NCBI GenBank assembly: GCA_031178005.1
Contig: JAPSJV010000011.1
Location: 30,799-94,798 of the forward strand
DNA: 64,000 bases
From: Pseudarthrobacter sp.
GTDB taxonomy: Bacteria; Actinomycetota; Actinomycetes; Actinomycetales; Micrococcaceae
Direction: 5' to 3'
A program made the position numbers and the translations under genes. Of this stretch, positions 22,057 through 33,739 are shown piece after piece; position 1 is the first letter of the stretch; the number at the start of each line of letters is the position of its first letter. The notes beneath the pieces were generated by a model. It was given only the letters and a program-made list of their open reading frames with translations. It was not told the DNA's origin and searched no databases.

Positions 22057-23148
22057 ATGCGAATTTTTGGTAAAGCAGGAAAGGCTGCAGCCGTTACGGC
22101 GATTGCGGCACTTGCGCTGACCGGCTGCGGTCGCGATTCGGGAACCACCGACGGCGCAACCGAGTCCGGCTTCGCGCAGGACTCACTGATCGGCGTCGCA
22201 CTCCCCCAGAAGACCAGCGAAAACTGGGTACTGGCGGAGAAGCTCTTCAATGACGGCCTCACCGAGGCCGGGTTCAAGGCTGACGTGCAGTTCGCCAATG
22301 GCGGCGTGTCCGAACAGCAGAACCAGATCAGCGCCATGGTGACCAAGGGCGCCAAGGTCATCATCGTCGGTGCCATCGACGGCGCCCAGTTGGGTACCCA
22401 ACTCAAGCAGGCCAAGGATTCCGGCGCGACAGTCATCGCGTACGACCGTCTCCTGTTGAACACCGAGAACGTCGACTACTACGTGGCCTACGACAACTTC
22501 AAGGTGGGCGAGCTTCAGGGACAGGCCCTCCTTGAAGGCCTGGCCAAGAAAAAGCCCAGCGGTCCGTACAACATCGAACTGTTTGCAGGCTCCCCCGATG
22601 ACGCCAATGCGAAGGTCTTCTTCGATGGCGCCATGAGCATCCTGAAGCCGAAGATCGACGACGGCACGCTCAAGGTTGTTTCCGGCCAGACCAACTTCGA
22701 GCAGGCTGTCACCCAAGGTTGGAAGGCAGAAAACGCCCAGCGTCGCGCCGACACACTGCTCTCGGGCAGCTACGGCACGGAAGCCCTTGACGGGGTCCTC
22801 TCCCCCAACGACACCCTGGCCCGCGCGGTCCTGACCTCGGTCAAGGCTGCAGGAAAGCCCCTCCCGGTAGTCACCGGCCAGGATTCCGAGGTTGAGTCGG
22901 TCAAGTCGATCCTTGCAGGCGAGCAGTACTCCACCATCAACAAGGACACCCGTGCCCTGGTTGAGCACGCCATCACCATGGCAAAGGGCCTGCAGGCCGG
23001 CGAGGAACTGGAAGTCAACGACACCAAGTCCTACAACAACGGTGTGAAGACCGTTCCGGCGTACCTGCTGGAGCCGGTGATCGTCACGTCGGAGAACGTC
23101 AAGACCGCGTACAAGGAAGATCCAGTGCTGGGCCCGCTGACCCAGTAG
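22057..23148 (+). CDS. ChvE-like sugar-binding lipoprotein
   Basis: Lipobox LTGC; IAYDRL, GSPDDANA, LSPND, TGQDSE. Confidence 0.9.
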   Translation: MRIFGKAGKAAAVTAIAALALTGCGRDSGTTDGATESGFAQDSLIGVALPQKTSENWVLAEKLFNDGLTEAGFKADVQFANGGVSEQQNQISAMVTKGAKVIIVGAIDGAQLGTQLKQAKDSGATVIAYDRLLLNTENVDYYVAYDNFKVGELQGQALLEGLAKKKPSGPYNIELFAGSPDDANAKVFFDGAMSILKPKIDDGTLKVVSGQTNFEQAVTQGWKAENAQRRADTLLSGSYGTEALDGVLSPNDTLARAVLTSVKAAGKPLPVVTGQDSEVESVKSILAGEQYSTINKDTRALVEHAITMAKGLQAGEELEVNDTKSYNNGVKTVPAYLLEPVIVTSENVKTAYKEDPVLGPLTQ

Positions 23149-23175
23149 GTCTCCTGGTGCAATAAGCAGCGCACA

Positions 23176-23213
23176 GAAGGGCCCGGCATTCTTTAAGGGA
23201 GGCCGGGCTCTTC
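23176..23213. terminator. Hairpin terminator between convergent genes
   Basis: GAAGGGCCCGGC...GCCGGGCTCTTC. Confidence 0.65.
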
Positions 23214-23229
23214 TGCGCCAGCGTGACTC

Positions 23230-24741
23230 TTACAGTCCCGCTGGTGCCTTGACCTTGAGCACGCCCGCGCCAGTGAATTTGAGGGCGTGGTTCCGCACCG
23301 AGTCATAGTCGATGAAAGCCTTGTAGTCATACATGGAAGCCGGGTCCCAGCCCACGTCCGTGCTGAAGTCCCGTGCGGTCCAGTCCGGCGCCTCGGAACC
23401 GTCTTCGGCAGCTTCCGCGAGGGCTTCGGCCTTGTTGGCCTCAAACGATGCCTCTGCAATGGCGTTCAGGTCCACGCTGGAACCGTTGTACCACGAGCCC
23501 TCGTCAAAGAATCGGTCGCCGTTGTAGCTGCTGACAGCCACGGACGGATCCGCGCCGGGCCCGGTGTAGTCGAACGCATTGTTTTCGGAGAAGATCCGGG
23601 AGGCGTATCCGGCGCCGAGGAAGTAGCTGCTGCCGCCCTGCGCCTCGCTGATCATCGGGTAGTCCGGGTGGTCTGTGCTGCCCACAAAGTAGTTGTTGAG
23701 CACGTGGACCTGCCCAAAGCGGACCCTTGGGCCGCGCTGCTGCAGGTTCTCCATCAGGTTGCCGATGTAGCTGACCCGGAGTTTTCCGCCGTCCTTGTCC
23801 ACGTGCTCGTCGCCGGAGCCCAGCAGCATGGTTTTGTCATGGTTCATGATCCGGCTGTTGGAGATGGTGACGTAATCCGTCCCGTCCTTCAGGTCCAGGA
23901 GTCCGTCGTGGCGGTTGGCAGGCTTCCCGTGGAACCCAACCGGCGCTTCGCTGTCCGGATACCGCCCGTCGCTCAAGGTGACGTGGTCGATCCACAGGTG
24001 GTTGGAGGTTACCGAGGAGAGCGCATCAAATCGGGCGTTCCAGGCGCCCAAGTCGCCATCGTCGGGTGACCAGCTGGTGAAGAAGTCCACCGGCGCCTCC
24101 ACGCTGACGTTGCGGAGCACCACGTTGGTGGCGCTCAGGATCACGATGTTGGCACCGACAAATCCAGCATCGCCGTCGAGCCCGATCACCGAGGTATTGG
24201 ACGGCAGGCTGACCTCGATCTGCCGCTTCATGTTGTTGCTGCCGGTTTGGCGGAGCTGGCGCTGCGACTTGCAATAGTCAAACGTCTGGTCGCTCCAGGT
24301 CTTGCCCTCCGGGCCGAAGCAGGACATGTATTTGTGGATGTCGTAGCCGGGCGCATAGTCCTCCTCGCCCATCACACGGCCGTCCGGCCGCTGGTTTCCG
24401 TCGATGGTGCCACGGATGTAAATGACCTTGGGTGCGGTGGGTTCACCATGGTTTGCCAGTGCTGCTTTGAGTTCGGCGAGGTCGTCCACCACATACCGGT
24501 TTGCGGCCGGGGCGCCGGCGCCGCCGTTGGTAGTGCCGTCGACGGCGGCCCAACCGGTAGGAGCCGCCTCGTCGGGGCTGATGATGCCTCCGCCGGGCCA
24601 AGCATTGGCTGGTGCTGCCAGTGCCAGACCTGCGGCAAGAGCCAGGGCGGTGCAGGCGGCTCCCCAGACAGCAGCTTTGCGGGATCCTGGCAGGGCCTTG
24701 GGCAGCCGGGGGCGTGGATTTTTTCGGATCAGGGACGTCAT
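23230..24741 (-). CDS. Secreted pectate lyase (PL1)
   Basis: Signal peptide; GWAA..GTTNGG, LWIDHVT, HDGLLD, HDKTMLLG, QRGPRVRFGQVHVLNN. Confidence 0.92.
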   Translation of the reverse strand: MTSLIRKNPRPRLPKALPGSRKAAVWGAACTALALAAGLALAAPANAWPGGGIISPDEAAPTGWAAVDGTTNGGAGAPAANRYVVDDLAELKAALANHGEPTAPKVIYIRGTIDGNQRPDGRVMGEEDYAPGYDIHKYMSCFGPEGKTWSDQTFDYCKSQRQLRQTGSNNMKRQIEVSLPSNTSVIGLDGDAGFVGANIVILSATNVVLRNVSVEAPVDFFTSWSPDDGDLGAWNARFDALSSVTSNHLWIDHVTLSDGRYPDSEAPVGFHGKPANRHDGLLDLKDGTDYVTISNSRIMNHDKTMLLGSGDEHVDKDGGKLRVSYIGNLMENLQQRGPRVRFGQVHVLNNYFVGSTDHPDYPMISEAQGGSSYFLGAGYASRIFSENNAFDYTGPGADPSVAVSSYNGDRFFDEGSWYNGSSVDLNAIAEASFEANKAEALAEAAEDGSEAPDWTARDFSTDVGWDPASMYDYKAFIDYDSVRNHALKFTGAGVLKVKAPAGL

Positions 24742-24816
24742 TGGCCTTTTTTCCGGCATGCCAAACAGACCACATGCCTTGAGGGGTGCGGATGGTTCGA
24801 TAAAAAATTTGATGGC

Positions 24817-24832
24817 GAGAAAACGCTTTCTC
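24817..24832. promoter_or_regulatory. LacI-type operator upstream of pectate lyase
   Basis: GAGAAAACGCTTTCTC near-perfect palindrome. Confidence 0.6.
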
Positions 24833-24927
24833 ACACCATCGCTTCATTTCTACGTCTGCCGCCTCCACCCTGTCAAGACCCTTCCATCCGGCTGTAGGCA
24901 TGAACCGTGCAGTGAGAGGATAGGCCC

Positions 24928-26001
24928 ATGACTTCACCCATCGCAGTGCCTTGGCTTTCGGGCCAGCCGGACCAAGATCCTCGATCCGCCACTGGACGCA
25001 CCCTCCGCTGGGGCGTCATCGCCACCGGGAGCATCGCAGGCGCCGTGGCAACGGACCTGACGCTGCTGGCCGACGCTGAACTCTACGCCGTCAGCTCCCG
25101 CAGCCAGGAGAAGGCTGACGAGTTTGCCGCCAAGTTCGGCTTCGCCAAGGCCTACGGGAACGACGGCGGCCTCCACGGTTACGACCGGCTGCTTGCCGAT
25201 CCTGCCGTGGACGTGGTCTATGTGGCCTCCCCACATGCCCAGCACTACGACATTGTCCAGGCAGCACTGAATGCCGGCAAGCATGTGCTCTGCGAGAAGG
25301 CCTTCACCATCAACGGCAGGGAGGCCGGCGAGCTGATTGACCTGGCCAGGGCCAGGAACCTGTTCCTGATGGAGGCCGTGTGGAGCCGCTTCCTGCCCTC
25401 CATGCAGCGCGCCTTCCAGATTGCGGCCTCCGGCGAACTGGGCGACGTGCACTGGGTCAGCGCAGACCTCGGCTTTCCGGCACCTTACTCCCCCACGGCC
25501 CGGCTTTGGGCCCGCGAAGACGGCGGCGGCGCCCTCCTGGACATCACGGTGTACCCGCTGCTCTGGGCCCTTGGGACCATGGGATTCCCACAGACCGTCA
25601 GCGCTTCCGGTTTTGTCAACGACGACGGCGTGGATGCCCAGAATGCGTTGACACTTGGCTACAACCACGGCGGCCAGGCCCAGCTGACGTCCTCACTGCT
25701 GGCGCTCGGGCCCAGGACGGCAACGGTGGCCGGCAGCGCCGGCTACCTGCAGGCGACCGGCTCCATCAACAACCCTCGCGAGCTCCATGTGGCCATCGGC
25801 TGGGACGGCGAGCGGCGGACCGAGACGTTCGAGGTAGCGGGCAAGGGCTACACGTACGAGCTTCGCGAGGTAACCCGGTGCATCCAGCAGGGCCTCATGG
25901 AAAGCCCGGTCATGCCACTTGAGGACACGTTGGCCACCATGCGGCTCTTCGACGGCGTGCGCGCCCAGCTGGGTACGAGTTACCCCAACGACCAGCACTA
26001 G
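24928..26001 (+). CDS. Gfo/Idh/MocA family oxidoreductase
   Basis: WGVIATGSIA, KHVLCEKAF, MEAVWSRF, GGALLD. Confidence 0.92.
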   Translation: MTSPIAVPWLSGQPDQDPRSATGRTLRWGVIATGSIAGAVATDLTLLADAELYAVSSRSQEKADEFAAKFGFAKAYGNDGGLHGYDRLLADPAVDVVYVASPHAQHYDIVQAALNAGKHVLCEKAFTINGREAGELIDLARARNLFLMEAVWSRFLPSMQRAFQIAASGELGDVHWVSADLGFPAPYSPTARLWAREDGGGALLDITVYPLLWALGTMGFPQTVSASGFVNDDGVDAQNALTLGYNHGGQAQLTSSLLALGPRTATVAGSAGYLQATGSINNPRELHVAIGWDGERRTETFEVAGKGYTYELREVTRCIQQGLMESPVMPLEDTLATMRLFDGVRAQLGTSYPNDQH

Positions 26002-26021
26002 TTTCGGCGCGCAAAGCAGCC

Positions 26022-26085
26022 CGCGACGCACAAAAGCGCTGGCGACACCGGAATTCCAGTGTCGCCAGCGCTTTTGTGTGTCGCG
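26022..26085. terminator. Long bidirectional hairpin terminator
   Basis: CACAAAAGCGCTGGCGACAC...GTGTCGCCAGCGCTTTTGTG. Confidence 0.8.
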
Positions 26086-26109
26086 GAGAATTATCCGCGT
26101 CGAAAATGC

Positions 26110-28329
<2,220 letters not shown>

Positions 28330-28612
28330 GCGCGGGCGTCTCCCTGGAGGTCGGCAGTAGATGGAAATCAGGTCTTAATGCACCACGTCTAACTTACCTG
28401 AGCACCCCCTGCCGACGCCCGTCGAATGGCCTTAATCACGCACGATGGCCGCCTTTTTGACGGCACTGCCCGCGTCAGCCCGGCCACGCCGCTCGCATTA
28501 CACGAGATGTAACTACTATTTACAGTTTTGTCACACTGGGATAGATTCTCTCCATCACGCTGCGGTCCCACCCCAATCAGCGGCCGCCGCACCCAACAGT
28601 CAGGAAACCCCT

Positions 28613-29593
28613 ATGACTTCCAAAACGCTGGCCAACAGCCTGCTCACCCTCTCTGCAGCCGCGGTCCTTGCGCTCTGTTCAGCAGGCGGTGCCACAGCCG
28701 CACCTGCTGCCCAGGACAAGCAGCCCTCCGTCACCGGCATCACCGTGGAAAGCACGACGGCGGCGGACTACTGGACGCCCGAGCGGATGAAATCTGCCGT
28801 TCCCGGCGATGTCCTGGCATCCAAGGCAGTAGAGCGCAGCCGCGGTGCCGCAGGCGGAACCGCGTCCGGAAAGGCAGTTGAGAAGGGCGCAGAGACCAAG
28901 GTCAAGGGCAGCGCCGCCCGTGGCAAGCCGGTACTGCACGCCAGCGAAACCCCGGTCTCGCACATCGGCAAGGTGTTCTTCACCCTGGGCGGCCAGAACT
29001 ATGTGTGCTCCGGCAACTCAGTGGTCTCCACCAACGAGAGCACCGTGTCCACTGCCGGGCACTGCCTCAACGAAGGCCCCGGCGCCTTTGCCACCAACTT
29101 TGTCTTCGTCCCCGCTTACCTGGACGGCGCAGCCCCGTACGGAAAGTGGGCGGCCCGCGGTCTCTACACAACTACGGCGTGGAGCTCCAACGGTGACATC
29201 CAGTACGACACCGGGTTCGCCGTCGTCGCACCCCTCAACGGACAGACGCTGTCCGATACCGTTGGCGCCTCAGGTGTTCAGTTCAACGCGGCGCGCGGCC
29301 TGACGTACAAGGCATACGGCTACCCGGCTGCCACCCCGTTCGATGGCCAGTCGCTGAAGAGCTGCACCGGCAAGGCAATCAATGACACCGTCAACCCCGG
29401 CGGCACCACCCAGGGCATTCCGTGCGACATGACCGGCGGTTCCTCAGGCGGCCCGTGGTTCATCGGGACCAACTCCTCCGGCTACCAGAACTCCGTGAAC
29501 AGCTACGGCTACGGCAGCCGGTCCACCACCATGTATGGCCCCTATTGGGGGACGGCCATCCAGCAGGTCTACGCCAATGCGGCCGCAGCCTGA
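28613..29593 (+). CDS. Secreted trypsin-like serine protease
   Basis: Signal peptide, pro-region YWTPERM, catalytic TAGHC, D (YDTG) and GGSSGGPW. Confidence 0.92.
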   Translation: MTSKTLANSLLTLSAAAVLALCSAGGATAAPAAQDKQPSVTGITVESTTAADYWTPERMKSAVPGDVLASKAVERSRGAAGGTASGKAVEKGAETKVKGSAARGKPVLHASETPVSHIGKVFFTLGGQNYVCSGNSVVSTNESTVSTAGHCLNEGPGAFATNFVFVPAYLDGAAPYGKWAARGLYTTTAWSSNGDIQYDTGFAVVAPLNGQTLSDTVGASGVQFNAARGLTYKAYGYPAATPFDGQSLKSCTGKAINDTVNPGGTTQGIPCDMTGGSSGGPWFIGTNSSGYQNSVNSYGYGSRSTTMYGPYWGTAIQQVYANAAAA

Positions 29594-29645
29594 GCATCCA
29601 CGTCCTAAGCCGTTCCAGCGGAAGGACCCGGCGGCTTCCGGCGGA

Positions 29646-29789
29646 GTGAGTTCCGCCAAAACGGATTCCGAAGGTGCCCAGGCATACTGGACACCGGAAC
29701 GGATGGCTGATGCGGTACCCCGCGAGGTCCGGCCCGAAACCCGGGACCGGCCCCGCACGGAAAGCGATGAGGACTCCACCGGAGACTGA
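29646..29789 (+). CDS. Putative 47-aa protein carrying the protease propeptide motif
   Basis: (M)SSAKTDSEGAQAYWTPERMADAVPREVRPE...; start codon uncertain (frame open from 29535). Confidence 0.5.
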   Translation: MSSAKTDSEGAQAYWTPERMADAVPREVRPETRDRPRTESDEDSTGD

Positions 29790-29806
29790 CCGCTTCCCTT
29801 AAAGCC

Positions 29807-29851
29807 CGACGGCGGCTGTCCCCTTAACGGGGCAGCCGCCGTCGACGTTTT
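29807..29851 (+). terminator. Intrinsic terminator
   Basis: CGACGGCGGCTGTCCC-CTTAAC-GGGGCAGCCGCCGTCG then TTTT. Confidence 0.75.
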
Positions 29852-29857
29852 CCTCTC

Positions 29858-29919
29858 CATCGACTGCTCCAATAGCGTCGTTTTCAAGGCTCAAAACGAC
29901 GTTATTGGAGCAATCGATG
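29858..29919. repeat. Palindromic element, family A (variant flanks)
   Basis: CATCGACTGCTCCAATAGCGTCGTTTT-CAAGGCTC-AAAACGACGTTATTGGAGCAATCGATG. Confidence 0.75.
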
Positions 29920-29930
29920 AAGGTCTCACG

Positions 29931-31601
29931 CTAGTGGAAGAAGTGCCGCGCTCCGGTGAAGTACATGGTGACGCCGGCGGCGTTGGCTGCGGCGATGACT
30001 TCGTCGTCGCGGACCGAACCACCGGGCTGGACCACCGCGCGGACGCCGGCGTCGATCAGGATCTGCAGGCCGTCAGCGAACGGGAAGAACGCGTCGGATG
30101 CGGCAACGGCACCGCGGGCACGCTGAGGTGCGTTGGCACCGGAGGTGTTGGAGGCACCGCCAGCACCTTCGACGTCGGACTCCACTTCCACGCCGAGGGT
30201 GTTGGCCCGCTCCACGGCGAGCCGGCAGGAATCCAGGCGGTTGACCTGGCCCATGCCGATACCGACGGCTGCGCCGTTGTTGGCCAGCAGGATGGCGTTG
30301 GACTTGGCGGCACGGCAGGCGGTCCAGGCGAAGGCGAGGTCCGCGAGGGTCTTCTCGTCGGCTGCTTCGCCCGCTGCGAGGGTCCAATTGGCGGGGTTGT
30401 CGCCGTCGGCGTCCACTTTGTCCGTCATCTGTACCAGGACGCCGCCGGAAACCTGGCGCATCTCCGACGGGTAGCGGCCGTAGCCCTCGGGCAGGGCCAG
30501 GAGCCGGATGTTCTTCTTCTTGGACAGGATTTCCACGGCTTCGGGCTCGAAGTCCGGAGCAATGACAACCTCGGTGAAGATGTCGGCCACGGTGCGGGCC
30601 ATTCCTGCGGTAACGGTGCTGTTCGCCGCAATGACGCCGCCGAATGCGGACACGGGATCGCAGGCATGGGCCTTTGCGTGGGCGTCGGCGATGGGATCCA
30701 CGGCGTCCGGGGAACCAACAGCCACACCGCACGGGTTGGCGTGCTTGATGATCGCGACGGCCGGCTCGGAGAAGTCGAACGCCGCGCGGAGGGCGGCATC
30801 GGCGTCGACGAAGTTGTTGTAGCTCATGGCCTTGCCGTGCAGCTGCTCGGCCTGGGCAATGCCCACGGGAGCGGCCTTGTCCACGTACAGTGCCGCCTGC
30901 TGGTGCGGGTTTTCGCCGTAGCGGAGCACCTCGGAGCGCTCCAGGGACAAGCCGGCGTAGGCGGGCCAGTCGATGACGCCGTCGCCGTCTTCATCCAGGA
31001 ACTGGGTGGCGGTCCAGGTGGCGACGGCGGTGTCGTACGCGGCGGTGTGCGCGAACGCCTTCGCTGCCAGCCGGCGTCGGGTCTTCAGGTCGAAGCCGCC
31101 TTCCTGCGCGGCTGCCACTACGGCGCCGTAGAAGGTGGGGTCCACAACAATGGCGACGGCGGCGTGGTTCTTCGCGGCCGAACGCACCATAGCGGGGCCT
31201 CCGATGTCGATCTGCTCGACGACGTCGTCCTGCGCGGCTCCGGACTTGACGGTTTCCACGAACGGGTAGAGGTTCACCACCACCAGGTCGAAGGTTTCAA
31301 TCTCCATGCCGGCCAGCGTTTCCATGTGGGCCGGGACGCGGCGGTCCGCCAGGATACCGCCATGGACGCGCGGGTGCAGCGTCTTGACGCGGCCGTCGAG
31401 CATCTCCGGGGAGCCGGTGACTTCTTCGACTTCTTGCACCGGGATGCCCGCTGCGGCGATCTTTTTGGCCGTGGAACCGGTGGAGACAATCGTGACGCCG
31501 GCCGCGTGCAGGCCCTGCGCGAGCTCCTCCAGACCGGTCTTATCGAATACCGAGATCAAGGCCCGGCGGATGGGAACACGGTCAAGCTGCGTGAAGCTCA
31601 C
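29931..31601 (-). CDS. purH: AICAR transformylase/IMP cyclohydrolase
   Basis: [46 protein letters not shown]. Confidence 0.97.
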   Translation of the reverse strand: MSFTQLDRVPIRRALISVFDKTGLEELAQGLHAAGVTIVSTGSTAKKIAAAGIPVQEVEEVTGSPEMLDGRVKTLHPRVHGGILADRRVPAHMETLAGMEIETFDLVVVNLYPFVETVKSGAAQDDVVEQIDIGGPAMVRSAAKNHAAVAIVVDPTFYGAVVAAAQEGGFDLKTRRRLAAKAFAHTAAYDTAVATWTATQFLDEDGDGVIDWPAYAGLSLERSEVLRYGENPHQQAALYVDKAAPVGIAQAEQLHGKAMSYNNFVDADAALRAAFDFSEPAVAIIKHANPCGVAVGSPDAVDPIADAHAKAHACDPVSAFGGVIAANSTVTAGMARTVADIFTEVVIAPDFEPEAVEILSKKKNIRLLALPEGYGRYPSEMRQVSGGVLVQMTDKVDADGDNPANWTLAAGEAADEKTLADLAFAWTACRAAKSNAILLANNGAAVGIGMGQVNRLDSCRLAVERANTLGVEVESDVEGAGGASNTSGANAPQRARGAVAASDAFFPFADGLQILIDAGVRAVVQPGGSVRDDEVIAAANAAGVTMYFTGARHFFH

Positions 31602-31705
31602 AAAAGTCTCCGTCTTTTTACGCGGTTGCGGCCGCGGGTGGTGGGGATACGCCCAGTTTATCGTGTTGCCGGGTTCCTCCAACCCACACCGCCTAAGGTG
31701 GGGTC

Positions 31706-32749
31706 ATGACGAGCGAACCCATGGTGCTGGTGGCCGATATAGGCAAGAGCCGCTGCCGCGTGGAACTGCGCGGTGCCGGTTCTGCGGGCTCCGGTCCTGC
31801 CGGCCCGGCTTCGGTCCTGGGCAGCGCCGGGGCCGAGGGATTCGCCGGGCTGGGAATTACCGGCGGCGCCCAGGCCGCCTTCCGGCTCATTGCCGATGCC
31901 GCAGGGCAGCTGGACGGCTCAGGCTCCTTGGCCGGCCGGCTGATGGGAGTGGGTGCCGCGGTGGCGGGCGTTGAAGCCAGCACACCGCAGTCACGCGAAC
32001 TTGCCGGGCTGCTGGCCTTGCATTTCCAGGCCCCTGCCGCCGTGCTGTCCGATGCGACTGCCGCCCACCTTGGTGCGCTCGACGGCGGACCGGGCACCAT
32101 CCTGATCGTCGGCACCGGCGCCGTGGCGTTCCGCTTCGAACGTGATCCGCAGCAAGGTGGTGCCGGCGTCCTGCACCGCGGCGACGGCTGGGGCCCGCTC
32201 CTGGGTGACCGCGGGAGCGGCCGCTGGATTGGCCAGCAGGGGCTGGCCGCAGCCTTGGAAGCGTACGACGGCGGACCGGCCACCTCGCTCGAAAAGCTCG
32301 CCGGGGAGTATCTCGGGGCCGCCACGGAAGGGTTTGCCGGGCCGCAACCGGCTGCAGAATCTGCCGGACTTGGCCCGCTGATTACCCCGCTTCCGGGCTG
32401 GCTGGCCAGCCAGGCAAACCCCTATCGGGCAATGGCCGGCTTCGCACCTTTTGTTCTTGCCGAAGCCGAAGCCGGCGATGCAGCTGCCGTCGGGATCGTG
32501 GCTGCTGCCTGCAGGCAGCTGACTGAAACCGTCAGCCGGGCTATTGGCCCAAGTACCCTGCGGCACGTGGCGCTGCTCGGCGGCGTCGTGGATTCCCCCT
32601 ACTTTGCCCGGCGGCTGGTGACGGACCTTGCTGACGCGGGTATCGACGTCGTACCTGCCCTGGGTGACGGTTTGGCGGGAGCATTCTTGGCCGCGACCCA
32701 CAATGAACTTCTCCAGGAAAGGTACATACACCGTGACGGAAAACCCTAG
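31706..32749 (+). CDS. BadF/BadG/BcrA/BcrD ATPase family protein (GlcNAc/MurNAc kinase-like)
   Basis: ADIGKS, LSDATAAHLGA, IVGTGAVA, DGWGPLLGDRGSGRWIG; adjacent to murQ. Confidence 0.82.
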   Translation: MTSEPMVLVADIGKSRCRVELRGAGSAGSGPAGPASVLGSAGAEGFAGLGITGGAQAAFRLIADAAGQLDGSGSLAGRLMGVGAAVAGVEASTPQSRELAGLLALHFQAPAAVLSDATAAHLGALDGGPGTILIVGTGAVAFRFERDPQQGGAGVLHRGDGWGPLLGDRGSGRWIGQQGLAAALEAYDGGPATSLEKLAGEYLGAATEGFAGPQPAAESAGLGPLITPLPGWLASQANPYRAMAGFAPFVLAEAEAGDAAAVGIVAAACRQLTETVSRAIGPSTLRHVALLGGVVDSPYFARRLVTDLADAGIDVVPALGDGLAGAFLAATHNELLQERYIHRDGKP

Positions 32750-33704
32750 AACCTCCGGCTCCGCTGAGGTTCCGGCTGACGGGCTGGCAGCGTTGCGCGC
32801 CGAGCTGGCCGGGCTTCAGACCGAGGCCGCAAACCCGGAGCTGAGCCTGCTGGACACCATGGACACTGCCCAGCTCGTGGCCGCGATGAATGCACAGGAT
32901 GCCGGGGTTCCCACCGCCGTCGGGCTGGCGGGACCGGACATCATCCGCACCGTGGATGCCGTCGCTGCGAAACTCGCGGCCGGCGGCAGGCTCTTCTACA
33001 TCGGCGCCGGGACGGCCGGCCGGATGGGAATCCTGGACGCCAGCGAATGCCCGCCCACGTTCGGAACCCCGCCCGAGATAGTGGTGGGCATCATTGCCGG
33101 GGGCCGGAAGGCCGTTGAACAGGCGGTGGAAAACGCGGAAGACGACGCCGACGCCGGCGCGGCGGACATTGCTGCCGCGGACGTCGGAGCCGGGGACGCC
33201 GTCGTCGGAATCTCCGCTTCCGGAAGGACCCCCTACGTGATCGGGGCACTCAAGGCAGCAAACGCGCGCGGCGCCTTCACGGCAGGTCTGGCCTGCAATC
33301 CCGGCTCGGCAATCGGGCAGGAGGCGGATGTGGCGATCGAAGTGGCGGTGGGTCCGGAATTCGTGGCAGGTTCCACGCGGCTGAAATCCGGCACGGCGCA
33401 GAAGCTGGTGCTGAACATGATCAGCACGCTCTCCATGGTGAAACTCGGCAAGACTTACGGCAACCTCATGGTGGACCTGCAGGCCACCAACGCCAAGCTG
33501 CGGGCACGGTCCCAGCGCACCGTCCAGGCCGCCACCGGCGTTGGCCCGAAGGCTGCGGCTCAGGCGCTGGACGCCGTCGGAGGTTCCGTGAAGGCGGCCA
33601 TCCTGGTCCTGCTGACGGACGTGGAACCGGGCCGGGCAGGAGCAGCGCTGGAGCAGGCAGGCGGGTTCCTGCGGCAGGCAATCCAGCAGCACACCCGGGG
33701 CTAG
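32733..33704 (+). CDS. murQ: N-acetylmuramic acid 6-phosphate etherase
   Basis: GAGTAGRMGILDASECPPTF, SASGRTPY, GPEFVAGSTRLKSGTAQK. Confidence 0.96.
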   Translation: MTENPRTSGSAEVPADGLAALRAELAGLQTEAANPELSLLDTMDTAQLVAAMNAQDAGVPTAVGLAGPDIIRTVDAVAAKLAAGGRLFYIGAGTAGRMGILDASECPPTFGTPPEIVVGIIAGGRKAVEQAVENAEDDADAGAADIAAADVGAGDAVVGISASGRTPYVIGALKAANARGAFTAGLACNPGSAIGQEADVAIEVAVGPEFVAGSTRLKSGTAQKLVLNMISTLSMVKLGKTYGNLMVDLQATNAKLRARSQRTVQAATGVGPKAAAQALDAVGGSVKAAILVLLTDVEPGRAGAALEQAGGFLRQAIQQHTRG

Positions 33705-33739
33705 CGGCAACACGTTAGAGTTTTCCCAGGAGGGCTCAG

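Noticed and set aside
28508-28535. TGTAA-N7-TTACA site between icd and the protease gene
   Set aside because: Single short palindrome that cannot be assigned to a regulator.
29934-31709. 591-aa plus-strand ORF, and similar long antisense ORFs (7848-9497, 26356-27966, 45220-47019, 40596-42071)
   Set aside because: Shadows of well-supported genes on the other strand, expected in high-GC DNA; no recognisable motifs.
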